Shown: one piece after another, positions 9,693 through 19,222 of the stretch
Numbering within the stretch: the stretch's first letter is position 1
Layout of the letters: each line of letters starts with the position of its first letter
Source: a virus
Reading direction: 5' to 3' (one strand)
IMG/VR virus record: IMGVR_UViG_3300045993_000425
Location: 32,001 to 96,000 of that record
DNA: 64,000 bases
Translations under genes and position numbers: made by a program
The notes under the pieces: generated by a model
Told to the model about the DNA's origin: nothing
Databases searched by the model: none
The model's input: the letters and a program-made list of their open reading frames with translations, nothing else

Positions 9693-11519
9693 TTAGTCTC
9701 CGGTCACGTCAGGGATGACTACTTTGGTCGGGTCCAGAGCGGCGAATATGTCGGCTCGGTTGGTCGATGATTGAGGTGGAACCGACACACCATGACTTAA
9801 CTGCAAGGTCGTGCGGAATGATCTTCGACCATCGGGGTTGCATACAGCTTGGTGTGTCACTTGCTCGATGTGAAATACGATGTCGTCAAACTCTAGGTTG
9901 TCGCCAGGTGCGACAGGAGCCTGCAACCCAATACATTCTATCGTTCCGTTAAGCCATAGTTGCTGACCCATAACTAGGTCGCACATCAGGTCGCGCCAGA
10001 CGGTAGGCCCTTTCTGCGCCTCTGCCAGAAGACAATTGATGCTTCTGATGTACGGTCGGATACCATGCCTCTTGACATCAAGGGTGTCGATAATAGGAGG
10101 AGCCCTGACGAAGCTGTTGTAGTCATCCCTAGCCCACAGTCCCTGTGCCGAGATGTAGACCATATTGAATCTGGCTGCATCGCTGCGCCCTATATCGAGT
10201 CCATAGACCATGTCGACAGACAGTTTCCATCTCGGAAGTTCAAGGAAACGGGTCGCGTCAGCATTGGTTGCCGACCTGCCAAAATTGATCTGGTTCTGTG
10301 TAGGGCCGTACATGCTGCTGTTTCCGGTGCCTCCGAATTGCTCCATCGTTTTTGCATCCTGCTGCGCCGCTTTCTGACCTTCGTCTTGGTTGATGTCCAG
10401 CAAGCTCTGAACCATGTCTGAGCTGTATGGTGTCTGTCGCACGACAAAGCTGGGCAGCAACCGACCTGTCTTAGGCTCAGACCGGATGGCTACATACATC
10501 TCATTGATCGGAGGGTTGCAGTACGTTGACAGAGTGTTCCAGACAGTCTGATTGGGCGCCGGAGCGGCCAGCTTAAATTGCCCAATCATATCGGTCAACT
10601 CTGGCTCAAACAGCACCTCGGGGGTGCCCTTAGTCGATTGTTCGTCGCCTCCTGCTTGATTCTGATAGTGCTGGAGCCCGACCTTAACCGACAGCATATC
10701 GGCCCATGTGGGACTCACATTAGTCGGCGTCACACCTAGCCACTTAGCAACATCCTCATGAATCAGGTATCTGGTGTTTGCCGTAGCGGTTACGGTTACG
10801 GACGGCAGCTTGGTCGGCTGTGCCTTCGCCCAAGCCCCATCTCCGAAGATGCATCCAATCAAGGCAGGCAGCACCTTGTTGATGTCGATCCCCGACCCAT
10901 TGGTACTACTCGACCCATTGGTGATTTTCTCGATCTCCAGCCCGAAGTCCTTCAGGTTGGCTAGTTCTACCATCCCTTTCTGCAACTGCGGGTGGTAGTA
11001 CAACAGCGAATCAAACTCTCCAAAGCCGACCGCCTGCATCGAAAACGATGTCGATCTGGTCCCATCTGCCTGCACATGAATGCTCTTACGGAACGAAGAT
11101 ACCTTGCCGATGAACTTTAGGCCTCGGTTGAACTGATTGATCGGTCGCCAGTTCAGCATATCGTCCTCAAGTTGCTTGCCTTCCTGCTCATTGTTGACAA
11201 TACAAGCGACAACCCAATCACCAGGCATGATGAGAGGCAGGTAGTCGATATATGGCACGAGAACAGCCTGAAGATTGGTGACGTGACTATCCTTGGCTGC
11301 CGCTACGGTCAACTGTACGATCTGCTGGCTCAGGATTAGCATGTTTCTGGACTTCATCGCATCCGCATCGTTTGTTGATACTGAGTTGATTTCATCCTTG
11401 GTCTTCGGATCGAATGTCACCTGATTGTCAAAGCGGGCAATTCCGACCACCCAGTAAGGTGACTGATCGATTAGGTCATCGGAAGGGAAGTCGGTTCTGA
11501 GGTTGTAGGTCGGGGCCAT
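9693..11519 (-). CDS. Baseplate hub (gpD/gp27-like)
   Basis: Directly downstream of the tape measure; C-terminal 'NGTIECIG..PGDNLEF..FHIEQVTH..RTTLQLSHG' typical of hub proteins. Confidence 0.65.
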   Translation of the reverse strand: MAPTYNLRTDFPSDDLIDQSPYWVVGIARFDNQVTFDPKTKDEINSVSTNDADAMKSRNMLILSQQIVQLTVAAAKDSHVTNLQAVLVPYIDYLPLIMPGDWVVACIVNNEQEGKQLEDDMLNWRPINQFNRGLKFIGKVSSFRKSIHVQADGTRSTSFSMQAVGFGEFDSLLYYHPQLQKGMVELANLKDFGLEIEKITNGSSSTNGSGIDINKVLPALIGCIFGDGAWAKAQPTKLPSVTVTATANTRYLIHEDVAKWLGVTPTNVSPTWADMLSVKVGLQHYQNQAGGDEQSTKGTPEVLFEPELTDMIGQFKLAAPAPNQTVWNTLSTYCNPPINEMYVAIRSEPKTGRLLPSFVVRQTPYSSDMVQSLLDINQDEGQKAAQQDAKTMEQFGGTGNSSMYGPTQNQINFGRSATNADATRFLELPRWKLSVDMVYGLDIGRSDAARFNMVYISAQGLWARDDYNSFVRAPPIIDTLDVKRHGIRPYIRSINCLLAEAQKGPTVWRDLMCDLVMGQQLWLNGTIECIGLQAPVAPGDNLEFDDIVFHIEQVTHQAVCNPDGRRSFRTTLQLSHGVSVPPQSSTNRADIFAALDPTKVVIPDVTGD

Positions 11520-11522
11520 GAT

Positions 11523-14270
11523 TTAGTGTGCCAGGTCTTCTTTAGGCAGACCGGCCTGTTCGTTGGTTGGTGACTTGTGCGCGTCTCTGTCGAGTGGCAT
11601 TGATGGACCCTTTTCATCAGGTGTAAGGTCCGGCTTCTTGAGCCCCATCATGATGAGGAACATTTCATTGACCTTGGATCCACTTGTGGTCAGCTGTTCC
11701 ATCAACTCCCTGAACTTCTCCCCTTGCTTAAACATAGCCTTGGAGAACACATCTTTCTGGTCGCCACCTCCCCCACCTGTGGCCTTCCGACTCGCCTCTC
11801 CAGAGCCGTCTCCCATTGACCTGACTTGTCCGGTTGCTGCTTCTGCGCTTCCGAATGTTTCTGGATCGATCTGGTATTCTAGGTTTGCCAGCACCCTGAA
11901 GTTGTCTTCGCTTGCCCCAAGTCCGTCCTTCCTGGACTTGTCGTTTCTCCACTTCAAGACATCGCCCTTATACTCATCACCCAGAATCAGGTTGGCGAGC
12001 TTTGTCGCCTGCGTACCGGCTCCGGATGTTCCCCCGATGTAAGTGCCTAGAGCCCTGGTCGCACTGAACCTGACTTTATCTTCGATGTTCTTTCGTGTGA
12101 TACCCATAGAACTGAACTCAATTGGGATATCTTTGGTTAGGTAGTTGCCATTCTTGTCTTTCCTCAATAGACTCATGGCTGTGGCATAATCGAGGTTCGC
12201 CAACATGTTCTGACCTAGCAAGTTGTTGCCAGGCATGACCTTCACCGCATCTGCTAGGTTGACAGAGCGCCGCCAGTCGGTAGCTCCTTTCAATAGGTTG
12301 TCCCCTACCTGCAATCCCATTTGGTTCTGCTGCAACATCCGAAGCTGCTCTGGGCTCTTCATCTTGTTGGGGTCAATGCCGCTCGAGAGCATGCCGACTA
12401 GGCCATCCATAGACCCAATGGTGCGGTTAGGACCCATCAATGCAGCCACGGCACTGCCGAGAGTCTCCTGTACCACCGTTTGGTCAAGACCCGTGTGGCG
12501 CAGTGTTTTCAGTAAGTCCCCGCCACCAAGTGCTCCAATGGCTGCGATAGTCGCCGCTGCCCCACCAGACATGCCTCCAGACACTGATGTTATTGCAGAA
12601 CCATACAACCCTTTGGTCTTTAGTACCCCTCTCCCGCCAGCACCGACTAATGCCTCTAGCAAACCTTGTTGCTGCTCTGGTGTCATCCCAGACTTGTAGG
12701 CATTTCGCGTTGCTAGCTCGATGGACGATGCTGACAACCCGATGCGATTCGATGTAGCGACCAATCCTTGTGCTCGACTTAGAGCTGTGCTAATGGCTGC
12801 GTTCTCTCTCGTCTGCGAGGCTTTCTTTCTGGCGACTGAATCCGCCTCTTGTTCGTTCAGCATAGCGTTGACGTTTGCGTCTGCGTTGGCTAGCTCAGCT
12901 TGCCGAATATTTGGATGTAGGATGTTTCGTGCTGTATTATCCAGATATCCCCAGATTGTCTTCTGTCTCTCTCCTAGATCGTAGGCAGCGGCTCGAGACT
13001 TCCCGAAGCTTGCGGCTGAACCGTCGTCATCGCTAACGGTGCCGATTCTTCTGCTATCAATGATCTGCTGACGGGCATATTCCGTAATCAAGTCACCGTG
13101 CTGGATACTTGCCTGCATCTGCCCTACGCTCTGTCCTGACCTCGCTGCGATGCCCATCTGCATATCAGCAGCTTGCTGTCGTAGTTCAAGCGTATCTCTC
13201 TGGTATCCATGCACAAACTGCCCAGCCTTAACGCCGGCGTAGATTCCAGCGAGTCCTAGCCCGAGAGCCCCTGCTCCACCAGCAATAAACGCTAGCCTGC
13301 CTCCAGCTAGTGTGTTAGCCAATCCTCCAGCACCGGGAATTGAGCCAAGAGCCCCCGCCAGCATTCCAAAGCGATCACTTCCCTCCTCGCCATATCCTGC
13401 CTGCTGATCTAGAAGGGACTTGTGATTGGCCGAAACACTAGCAAGTCGTCTACCGGCTGTCGCCATGCGCTCGTTCGCTGCGATTCGCTCTTTAGAAGAG
13501 GCCGCGCTCTCTGCCTTATCCTTCCACTTGGCGTAGCTATCCGACAGCCCGTTGATGATTCGCTTGGACTTCTCCAGCTTCTTGTCTAGGTCTTCTACCG
13601 ACCTCCCGAGCACCTCCTTCAGGACCCGTCCCGTCTTGCCGGCCTCCCCACCGAGTTCCTTGATGAGAGCCTTGTCCTTCAGGATGGCATTGGACAAACC
13701 GCCACGCTGCTCTGGTGACATCAGCTGCTTTTCATGCAGACGCTTGGGCTTCTCATCTGGAGCAACCAACGTCCTCTCGCTACCCAGCTCCCCCTGCTTG
13801 ACATACAGCTTCGATACAATGCGATTCACTTGTTCGTTTTTCTTTACAAGCTTGGGCACTTGACTAGGGTTGACCTCCCTCGCAAGGTCTAGAGCTGCTT
13901 GGGTGCCCTCCTTCAACGCCAAAGCCTTCTGGAGCCTAGAGGTTGTCTTAGAGATTCGACTGTCCACTTGCGCCAGTGACTGACTCAGCACCTGCTTGAG
14001 AACACGGTCGAGGGTCTTCGCTTGGTCCCCTAGTTCCGCGAACCCCCTCTTACGCTCTAGGAGGAACTTCGCGAAAGCTCCCTGCGCCAGATTCTGCTGC
14101 TGGGCAGACATAGGTCTGCTACCGGCACCACCAGCCCCACCCTGCCCAATTGCGCTGAAGACCTTGCTAGCCTGACCACCCTGGCTGATGATCTGCTGGA
14201 GTACCTGAAGGATCTGCCTACCACCGCTGGCATCACCTTTGATCGCAATACGCAAGTTGGTATCGGCCAC
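11523..14270 (-). CDS. Tail tape measure protein
   Basis: 915 aa, helical and Ala/Gly-rich with a hydrophobic segment; lies between chaperones and hub. Confidence 0.75.
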   Translation of the reverse strand: MADTNLRIAIKGDASGGRQILQVLQQIISQGGQASKVFSAIGQGGAGGAGSRPMSAQQQNLAQGAFAKFLLERKRGFAELGDQAKTLDRVLKQVLSQSLAQVDSRISKTTSRLQKALALKEGTQAALDLAREVNPSQVPKLVKKNEQVNRIVSKLYVKQGELGSERTLVAPDEKPKRLHEKQLMSPEQRGGLSNAILKDKALIKELGGEAGKTGRVLKEVLGRSVEDLDKKLEKSKRIINGLSDSYAKWKDKAESAASSKERIAANERMATAGRRLASVSANHKSLLDQQAGYGEEGSDRFGMLAGALGSIPGAGGLANTLAGGRLAFIAGGAGALGLGLAGIYAGVKAGQFVHGYQRDTLELRQQAADMQMGIAARSGQSVGQMQASIQHGDLITEYARQQIIDSRRIGTVSDDDGSAASFGKSRAAAYDLGERQKTIWGYLDNTARNILHPNIRQAELANADANVNAMLNEQEADSVARKKASQTRENAAISTALSRAQGLVATSNRIGLSASSIELATRNAYKSGMTPEQQQGLLEALVGAGGRGVLKTKGLYGSAITSVSGGMSGGAAATIAAIGALGGGDLLKTLRHTGLDQTVVQETLGSAVAALMGPNRTIGSMDGLVGMLSSGIDPNKMKSPEQLRMLQQNQMGLQVGDNLLKGATDWRRSVNLADAVKVMPGNNLLGQNMLANLDYATAMSLLRKDKNGNYLTKDIPIEFSSMGITRKNIEDKVRFSATRALGTYIGGTSGAGTQATKLANLILGDEYKGDVLKWRNDKSRKDGLGASEDNFRVLANLEYQIDPETFGSAEAATGQVRSMGDGSGEASRKATGGGGGDQKDVFSKAMFKQGEKFRELMEQLTTSGSKVNEMFLIMMGLKKPDLTPDEKGPSMPLDRDAHKSPTNEQAGLPKEDLAH

Positions 14271-14272
14271 GA

Positions 14273-14767
14273 CTATGCCTTTCGGATCATGGGTCCGAGC
14301 GGGTCTGAGCTCAGGAACCTGTCATCTTTTAGATTGCGACCGAACTGCATATCGATTAGGTTTTCTTCATTCTCGGGCAGGACCAATTTGGGCTTCTTCG
14401 ATTTGTCGGCACCTGCCTTCAGCTTTGCCGACTTCTCTTTGTCTGCCTTCACGTCTTTGTTCAGCTGCTCGAGGAAGCGGTCGTCGGCTTCTTCTGCTGC
14501 CTTCTCTGCTGCCAGACGCTTCTCTCGCTCTTCTTCGCTCTCTGAGAGCACCTCTGCGTACTCAGACCTCTGCTGCTCAGGCATCTCATCGAAGATGTGC
14601 TCAAACCAGGCTTGCAGAACCTGCTCGACAGGAAGTTCGGAGACTACATGTAGGGGTGTGTGAAACGTGACACTGTACTGCCTGCAAACGTGACGCAGCC
14701 ATGCTTGACGGTCGGGATTAAGGACCGCCAGCATGGCTCGACACTCGATCGCCCGATCGAGGTCCAA
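14273..14767 (-). CDS. Tail assembly chaperone, second part (gpT-like)
   Basis: Immediately before the tape measure; in frame with the upstream chaperone. Confidence 0.55.
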   Translation of the reverse strand: MDLDRAIECRAMLAVLNPDRQAWLRHVCRQYSVTFHTPLHVVSELPVEQVLQAWFEHIFDEMPEQQRSEYAEVLSESEEEREKRLAAEKAAEEADDRFLEQLNKDVKADKEKSAKLKAGADKSKKPKLVLPENEENLIDMQFGRNLKDDRFLSSDPLGPMIRKA

Positions 14768-14770
14768 GGC

Positions 14771-15166
14771 TTACTTCGACTCAAGCTCTCGGAGCTTCTT
14801 TTGGGCCTCTTCACCCTGCTTCTTGACTTCATCTGCGTGCTGGTCGCGAACCTTGCGTACCTGCTCATAGACTGCCATCAGGAGGTTGGTGTCAGAGTGC
14901 CCTACACCACCAGCCCACCACTCTGGCGACTCGGTCAGGCGCACCTGTAGTTCGGCTAGGATGCTCGCTGCTGCCAGGGCCTCAGGGTCGACAGAGTCGT
15001 AGGGGCCTGGACCCAGGAGATCTCGCCGGATACGGTCGATCCGAAGCTGGTCGCCAAAGCTGAGAACTTCCTTCGACCGGAAATCTCCGTCCCAGGTTTT
15101 CCCTGTGACATCACCTCGGTCGACGTGGACGTTGAACTTGACACCTTCGTATTGCTTGATTGCCAT
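14771..15166 (-). CDS. Tail assembly chaperone (gpG-like)
   Basis: 131-aa acidic protein ('LQVRLTESPEWW') in the canonical chaperone position. Confidence 0.65.
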   Translation of the reverse strand: MAIKQYEGVKFNVHVDRGDVTGKTWDGDFRSKEVLSFGDQLRIDRIRRDLLGPGPYDSVDPEALAAASILAELQVRLTESPEWWAGGVGHSDTNLLMAVYEQVRKVRDQHADEVKKQGEEAQKKLRELESK

Positions 15167-15241
15167 TTTTGTCCCTTCAGTTAGTTCCTATGAGGGAAGT
15201 AACAGAAAGCAGTGATCTGCGGGGCTGGGTGGTTGACTTGT

Positions 15242-15248
15242 AGATTGC
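15242..15248 (-). promoter_or_regulatory. Putative late promoter motif GCAATCT
   Basis: Heads the chaperone-tape measure-baseplate unit; overlaps a divergent TTGACT..TGCTAGAGG element. Confidence 0.55.
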
Positions 15249-15399
15249 CACCGTGCTAGAGGGTTCCAATGATGATGTAGTGTCTTTCCATGAGTTAGGC
15301 TCAGAATAGGGAGGGGTCGTGCCACAAGCTGTGGGTTCGGTCGATGGTTCGCAGTTGGTGGAAGTCTTCTGGTTGCTAGACTTCTGCTACTGAGCCACC

Positions 15400-15924
15400 A
15401 TGCCTACCATCATCAATCGCACCTCTGTCTCCGACGACAAGCTGGCTCGCATCGTTCGCTTTCTTGGACGACGCCTCCCTGCGGTCACAGAGACAGCTAT
15501 CGTCTTTGAGACAACAGACCCCAAGGCTCCAGGGGCTGCTTGGATGACCGGTGAGGCCCATCCCGGTGGCGGCTGGTTCGCAGGACACCGCCAGAGGCAC
15601 TCCAGCGTGATCTACATCCCTACGCTAGAGCGCCCCTACCCTGTCACGATCCAGAATCCTGCGGCGGATGGTAGGTGCCCTTGGGAGACCCTGACCGATT
15701 GGGAGGAGGAGCTCCTGCTCGTCCTCGCCCATGAGTTGACTCATGTCGCCCAGTACGAAATGGCTGGAGCCAATCTCCTTGATGTCGTTCACGACGTTGA
15801 CGATGAGTACGAGCTGGAGGCCGCACAAGTCGCCAGCAAGATGCTCAGTGAGTGGCGCACCCGCGAGAGTGGGCAGCACAAGAAGATCAGGAAGGCAGAT
15901 AACGTCTATGAAACTGTGGCTTGA
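15400..15924 (+). CDS. Putative zinc metallopeptidase (HExxH)
   Basis: 'VLAHELTHVAQ' plus downstream 'YELEA'. Confidence 0.65.
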   Translation: MPTIINRTSVSDDKLARIVRFLGRRLPAVTETAIVFETTDPKAPGAAWMTGEAHPGGGWFAGHRQRHSSVIYIPTLERPYPVTIQNPAADGRCPWETLTDWEEELLLVLAHELTHVAQYEMAGANLLDVVHDVDDEYELEAAQVASKMLSEWRTRESGQHKKIRKADNVYETVA

Positions 15925-16321
15925 TGACAACAGACCTGCGCCTCATGGCTGGACCCCAGCTAGGACCGGCGAACAGGCCTCTCTACACCTCTTGACGCAT
16001 CCGGTCGATGAGATGAGCCTAGACTATGACCTCGACGAGCCAGATTGCTCTACATGTAGACAGCAGTGTGGTCTGCGTGAGCCTGGCGGCTGTCGAGTGA
16101 AGTGCGGCTGCCATTCCGGCTCAACCAACGGAATGGAGCTCTTGAAATGGATGCGATCACGAAACATCTGGCCAAGGACTCAGCCAGAGGTCCACTCAGC
16201 AAACAAGCACTGGGCTCCCAAGATGGTCGAGTTCATCCGAAGCAATTACCCAGGCGCACTCTCAAGGTCATCACCCAACCACCAACCTCAGGAACCTGCG
16301 GACCAGCCTCCATCGCCATGA
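15908..16321 (+). CDS. Cyclic-phosphate-processing receiver domain protein with Cys-rich insert
   Basis: 'MKLWLDDNRPAP..GW..SLDYDL..NGMELLKW..VHSAN' signature. Confidence 0.75.
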   Translation: MKLWLDDNRPAPHGWTPARTGEQASLHLLTHPVDEMSLDYDLDEPDCSTCRQQCGLREPGGCRVKCGCHSGSTNGMELLKWMRSRNIWPRTQPEVHSANKHWAPKMVEFIRSNYPGALSRSSPNHQPQEPADQPPSP

Positions 16322-16701
16322 TCTCAGGGTGTTCCCTAGATCAGGCGATAGCTGCGATGGGAACCTCGTCCTCGAGTACTGCTGGGGCCTCAGATAGGGA
16401 CATGAGGACGGCTCTGGTCCGGTTGGGAATCAAGGTGGCACCTTGGCTCAAGGCTGCTCGACGGGTCCACATCCCTGACTTCTGCCTAGCGACCATCGAG
16501 GATAGTCGGGTAAGAAGCTTCGGTCATGCAGTGGCTATCCTCGATGGGCTCGTCTATGACCCCGGTGTCGGATGGCCTATGCCTCTGCGGGTCTATGAGG
16601 ACCACCTGATGCCTACCTATGGGCACAAATCTCACGTTTCATGGGATCGCTTCCTGCCGATCCTCTCAGAGCCGCCTTCAGCAGACCGCTGGCCATTTTA
16701 G
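16147..16701 (+). CDS. Peptidase C39-like (papain-fold) protein
   Basis: 'Q....TCGPASIAMI', 'GHAVAI', 'VYDP' Cys-His-Asp pattern; start uncertain. Confidence 0.6.
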   Translation: MDAITKHLAKDSARGPLSKQALGSQDGRVHPKQLPRRTLKVITQPPTSGTCGPASIAMISGCSLDQAIAAMGTSSSSTAGASDRDMRTALVRLGIKVAPWLKAARRVHIPDFCLATIEDSRVRSFGHAVAILDGLVYDPGVGWPMPLRVYEDHLMPTYGHKSHVSWDRFLPILSEPPSADRWPF

Positions 16702-16703
16702 GC

Positions 16704-16732
16704 TTGCCATCTGATAGTCTCTCTGATACCTT
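16704..16732 (+). promoter_or_regulatory. Sigma70-like promoter, leaderless
   Basis: TTGCCA-N17-TACCTT; ATG 6 nt downstream. Confidence 0.55.
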
Positions 16733-16738
16733 CGCCGC

Positions 16739-16960
16739 ATGGCAAAGTGGATCGTGGAGGTCAAGAGAGGCGAGGTGATGATGTCCTACTATCGTGGGTG
16801 TCACGTCACCGACTGGTCTGGAGAGGACTGCGGGAAGGGGAGGCTTGACCAATTGCCTGACTTGGTCAGCTTTGTCACTCAGAAGGCTGAACCCTGCGAC
16901 CGACTGTCTCTCCCATCAGGCGAGTACTACATCCAGTCGGCACCCTTCGCGAGGGCATAA
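16739..16960 (+). CDS. Hypothetical protein
   Basis: ORF directly after the promoter. Confidence 0.6.
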   Translation: MAKWIVEVKRGEVMMSYYRGCHVTDWSGEDCGKGRLDQLPDLVSFVTQKAEPCDRLSLPSGEYYIQSAPFARA

Positions 16961-17070
16961 TGAACATTTTCGGGGTACACATCTGCGCCGATGAGGTCAA
17001 CCAAGTCCTCTCACTCTGGGGCAACTTCGGGTGGTTCATCAGCTATCTGTTTCGTCGGTTCAAACCATGA
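16960..17070 (+). CDS. Small hypothetical protein (36 aa, MNIFGVHICADEV...)
   Basis: TAATG coupling to the previous gene; fills the gap; below the ORF-track cutoff. Confidence 0.45.
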   Translation: MNIFGVHICADEVNQVLSLWGNFGWFISYLFRRFKP

Positions 17071-17081
17071 CAGGAGGCAAC

Positions 17082-17339
17082 ATGTACGAGATGGACATGT
17101 CGTCAAGGGAGCGGCTCGATGTTCTGGAGGTCGAGTTGGACTGGCTCCGCAGAATCGAAACGGTCGGAGCCAGCTATGTCGACCGGGAGCGAGCCGTAGA
17201 GGACCGCAGGCGACTGATGCCTGAGGTAGCCATCCTGCGTAAGAAGGTCGAGTGGGAGAACGCAAAGGCAGGAAAGGCGGTAGCGGCGATCTTCGCCTCT
17301 CTCGCCTTCGTTGCCTGGTTCGCTTGGCTAGTTCGCTGA
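17082..17339 (+). CDS. Small coiled-coil protein with C-terminal TM helix
   Basis: GGAGG RBS; hydrophobic C-terminus. Confidence 0.6.
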   Translation: MYEMDMSSRERLDVLEVELDWLRRIETVGASYVDRERAVEDRRRLMPEVAILRKKVEWENAKAGKAVAAIFASLAFVAWFAWLVR

Positions 17340-17341
17340 TG

Positions 17342-17701
17342 CTACCAGAAGGTGGGTAGCTTCGGAACCACCCCACCCTGCGGGAGGTCGAAGATCATCT
17401 GCGTGGGGACGTTGATTGCCGCACCTAGAGCAACGGTGTAGGCACTCAGGTCTGCTGGCTGACCAGCCACATTCTTGGTCGTCCGACCATCTGCTGAGAC
17501 ACCCTCAGAGGGGGCTAGACCGACCTGAATGTGAGTAGTATCGGTCAGTTTGAGCACAATAACTGCGACTCCAGGGAGCCCTGTGCCCTCAACGTAGGCC
17601 TTGGCTCCAGGCCAAAAGGCGCGGGAGGCGGCGACCTGGATGACTCCACCCTTGGTGCCGGTTGCTGCGAACGCTTCTTTGTAGGCATCAATCTGAATCA
17701 T
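17342..17701 (-). CDS. Putative virion protein (stand-alone late gene)
   Basis: MIQIDAYK..., GAGGG RBS, preceded by the GCAATCT motif. Confidence 0.6.
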   Translation of the reverse strand: MIQIDAYKEAFAATGTKGGVIQVAASRAFWPGAKAYVEGTGLPGVAVIVLKLTDTTHIQVGLAPSEGVSADGRTTKNVAGQPADLSAYTVALGAAINVPTQMIFDLPQGGVVPKLPTFW

Positions 17702-17726
17702 TTCGCCCTCATGGGTATCATCTGGT

Positions 17727-17733
17727 AGATTGC
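17727..17733 (-). promoter_or_regulatory. Putative late promoter motif GCAATCT
   Basis: Upstream of start 17701. Confidence 0.55.
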
Positions 17734-17756
17734 TGCCCGCGTTCTGATAGTTTTGC

Positions 17757-17785
17757 TTGACGTTCTGAGAGTGCAGTGGTAGAAC
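17757..17785 (+). promoter_or_regulatory. Sigma70-like promoter, leaderless
   Basis: TTGACG-N17-TAGAAC; ATG 7 nt downstream. Confidence 0.65.
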
Positions 17786-17792
17786 CTGATTC

Positions 17793-19193
17793 ATGGACAA
17801 CGCAAACACCGCCGCCGCCGAAGTCGAGAAGGTCTACACCGTCGCCGCCGCCGGTCTGTCTCGGCTCGCGGCTGTCATCGAGAAGCTCAACAAGCGGGCA
17901 GTCAAGCTGGGCTGCGCCCCCATCGCCTTCGAGCAGGTGGGCGAGGTCTACTCCAAGACCATTCGCGACCCGCTCACCCACATCGAGATGGTCGTGCGGC
18001 TGGTCGATGTCCTCCTCTGCGGCAAGCAGCCCGGTGTCAACGGATGGCAGCTGGTCGCGACCATCGCCCCGGTCAAGGCGGATGACGGGTCGGTCGCCAA
18101 CATCGTCAACGTCGTCCCCGGCTTTCAGGGCATCCCGGTCGAGTACCGGACGGTCAAGATGACCTGCCAGCACTGCAACACCCTCCGCTACCGCAACGAC
18201 GTTGCCCTCCTTCAGGAGATCTCGACCGGCACCTACAAGCAGATCGGTCGGAACTGCCTCGCTGACTTCCTCCGGTCGGGTGACGCAGACGCTCTCCTCG
18301 GCTACGCCGACATCATCGAGTCCGCTCGCAATGCTTTCGATGAGGAATCGGGCGGCTTGGGCTCCGCTTCCGCCGATGCAGTCAAGCTGGTCGAACTGCT
18401 GACCTGGACCTGCTCCATCGTCGCCAAGGTTGGAGCCTACGTCTCCAAGAAGAAGGCCGACATCGAGGGGATCATGCCGACCAGCTTCATCGCTCGCGAG
18501 GTCATCATCGGTCGCGGCAAGGAGGCTGACAAGGCTCGCGTGGAGTTCCAGCCCACCGAGGCCAACGTCGAGAAGGCGAAGCTGGTCATCGACTGGTGCC
18601 GCAATGTCCTGCCGGGGCTGGTCGAGCAGGATGAGGCGAACGACTACCTCTACAACCTCAAGATCTCGACCGCCAACTCTGAGTGCCTCATCAAGCTGAT
18701 CGGGGTCGCCGCCTCTGCCGTTTCCGCCTATGACCGGCACATCTCCCAGAAGGCGGAAGCCGCCAACAAGGTCATCAGCAAGCACTTCGGGGTGGTTGGG
18801 GAGCGCATCAACTTCCTGAAGGTGACCGTCCTCCGCATCACCTCCTTCGACGGCTTCTACGGCACCTCCTACGCCTCCACCCTCCTCACCGAGGACGGCA
18901 ACGTCGCTGTCTGGCTGGGCTCCTCCCCCATCCAGAGCCACGTCGAGTCTGTCAAGGCTGACGGCACCGTGACCTACACCGCCGGAACCGCCAACGTGGG
19001 CGACAAGGTGGTCATCTCTGCCACCGTCAAGGCTCACGACAACTACAAGGGTGCCTGCCAGACGAAGCTGTCTCGCTGCCAGACCTGGACCCCTGCGGGC
19101 ATCGAGGCTGAACTCGCCAAGCAGGCGAAGAAGGTGGCTCGCGAGGCGAAGAAGGCCTCCAAGGCGACCAAGGCTGCGGCTCAGGCGGCCTAG
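17793..19193 (+). CDS. Phage early protein with Zn-binding motif and C-terminal OB-fold-like region
   Basis: 'CQHCNTLRYR..QIGRNCLADF'; C-terminal 'ISATVKAHDNYKGACQTKLSR'; strong C/G-ending codon bias. Confidence 0.7.
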   Translation: MDNANTAAAEVEKVYTVAAAGLSRLAAVIEKLNKRAVKLGCAPIAFEQVGEVYSKTIRDPLTHIEMVVRLVDVLLCGKQPGVNGWQLVATIAPVKADDGSVANIVNVVPGFQGIPVEYRTVKMTCQHCNTLRYRNDVALLQEISTGTYKQIGRNCLADFLRSGDADALLGYADIIESARNAFDEESGGLGSASADAVKLVELLTWTCSIVAKVGAYVSKKKADIEGIMPTSFIAREVIIGRGKEADKARVEFQPTEANVEKAKLVIDWCRNVLPGLVEQDEANDYLYNLKISTANSECLIKLIGVAASAVSAYDRHISQKAEAANKVISKHFGVVGERINFLKVTVLRITSFDGFYGTSYASTLLTEDGNVAVWLGSSPIQSHVESVKADGTVTYTAGTANVGDKVVISATVKAHDNYKGACQTKLSRCQTWTPAGIEAELAKQAKKVAREAKKASKATKAAAQAA

Positions 19194-19222
19194 TCGTCTG
19201 CTTGGTAGTGCTATAGGATGGC

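Noticed and set aside
15269-15393. Mini-ORFs (ATGATGATGTAG and a 24-codon GTG ORF) upstream of 15400
   Set aside because: Too short to support without conservation data
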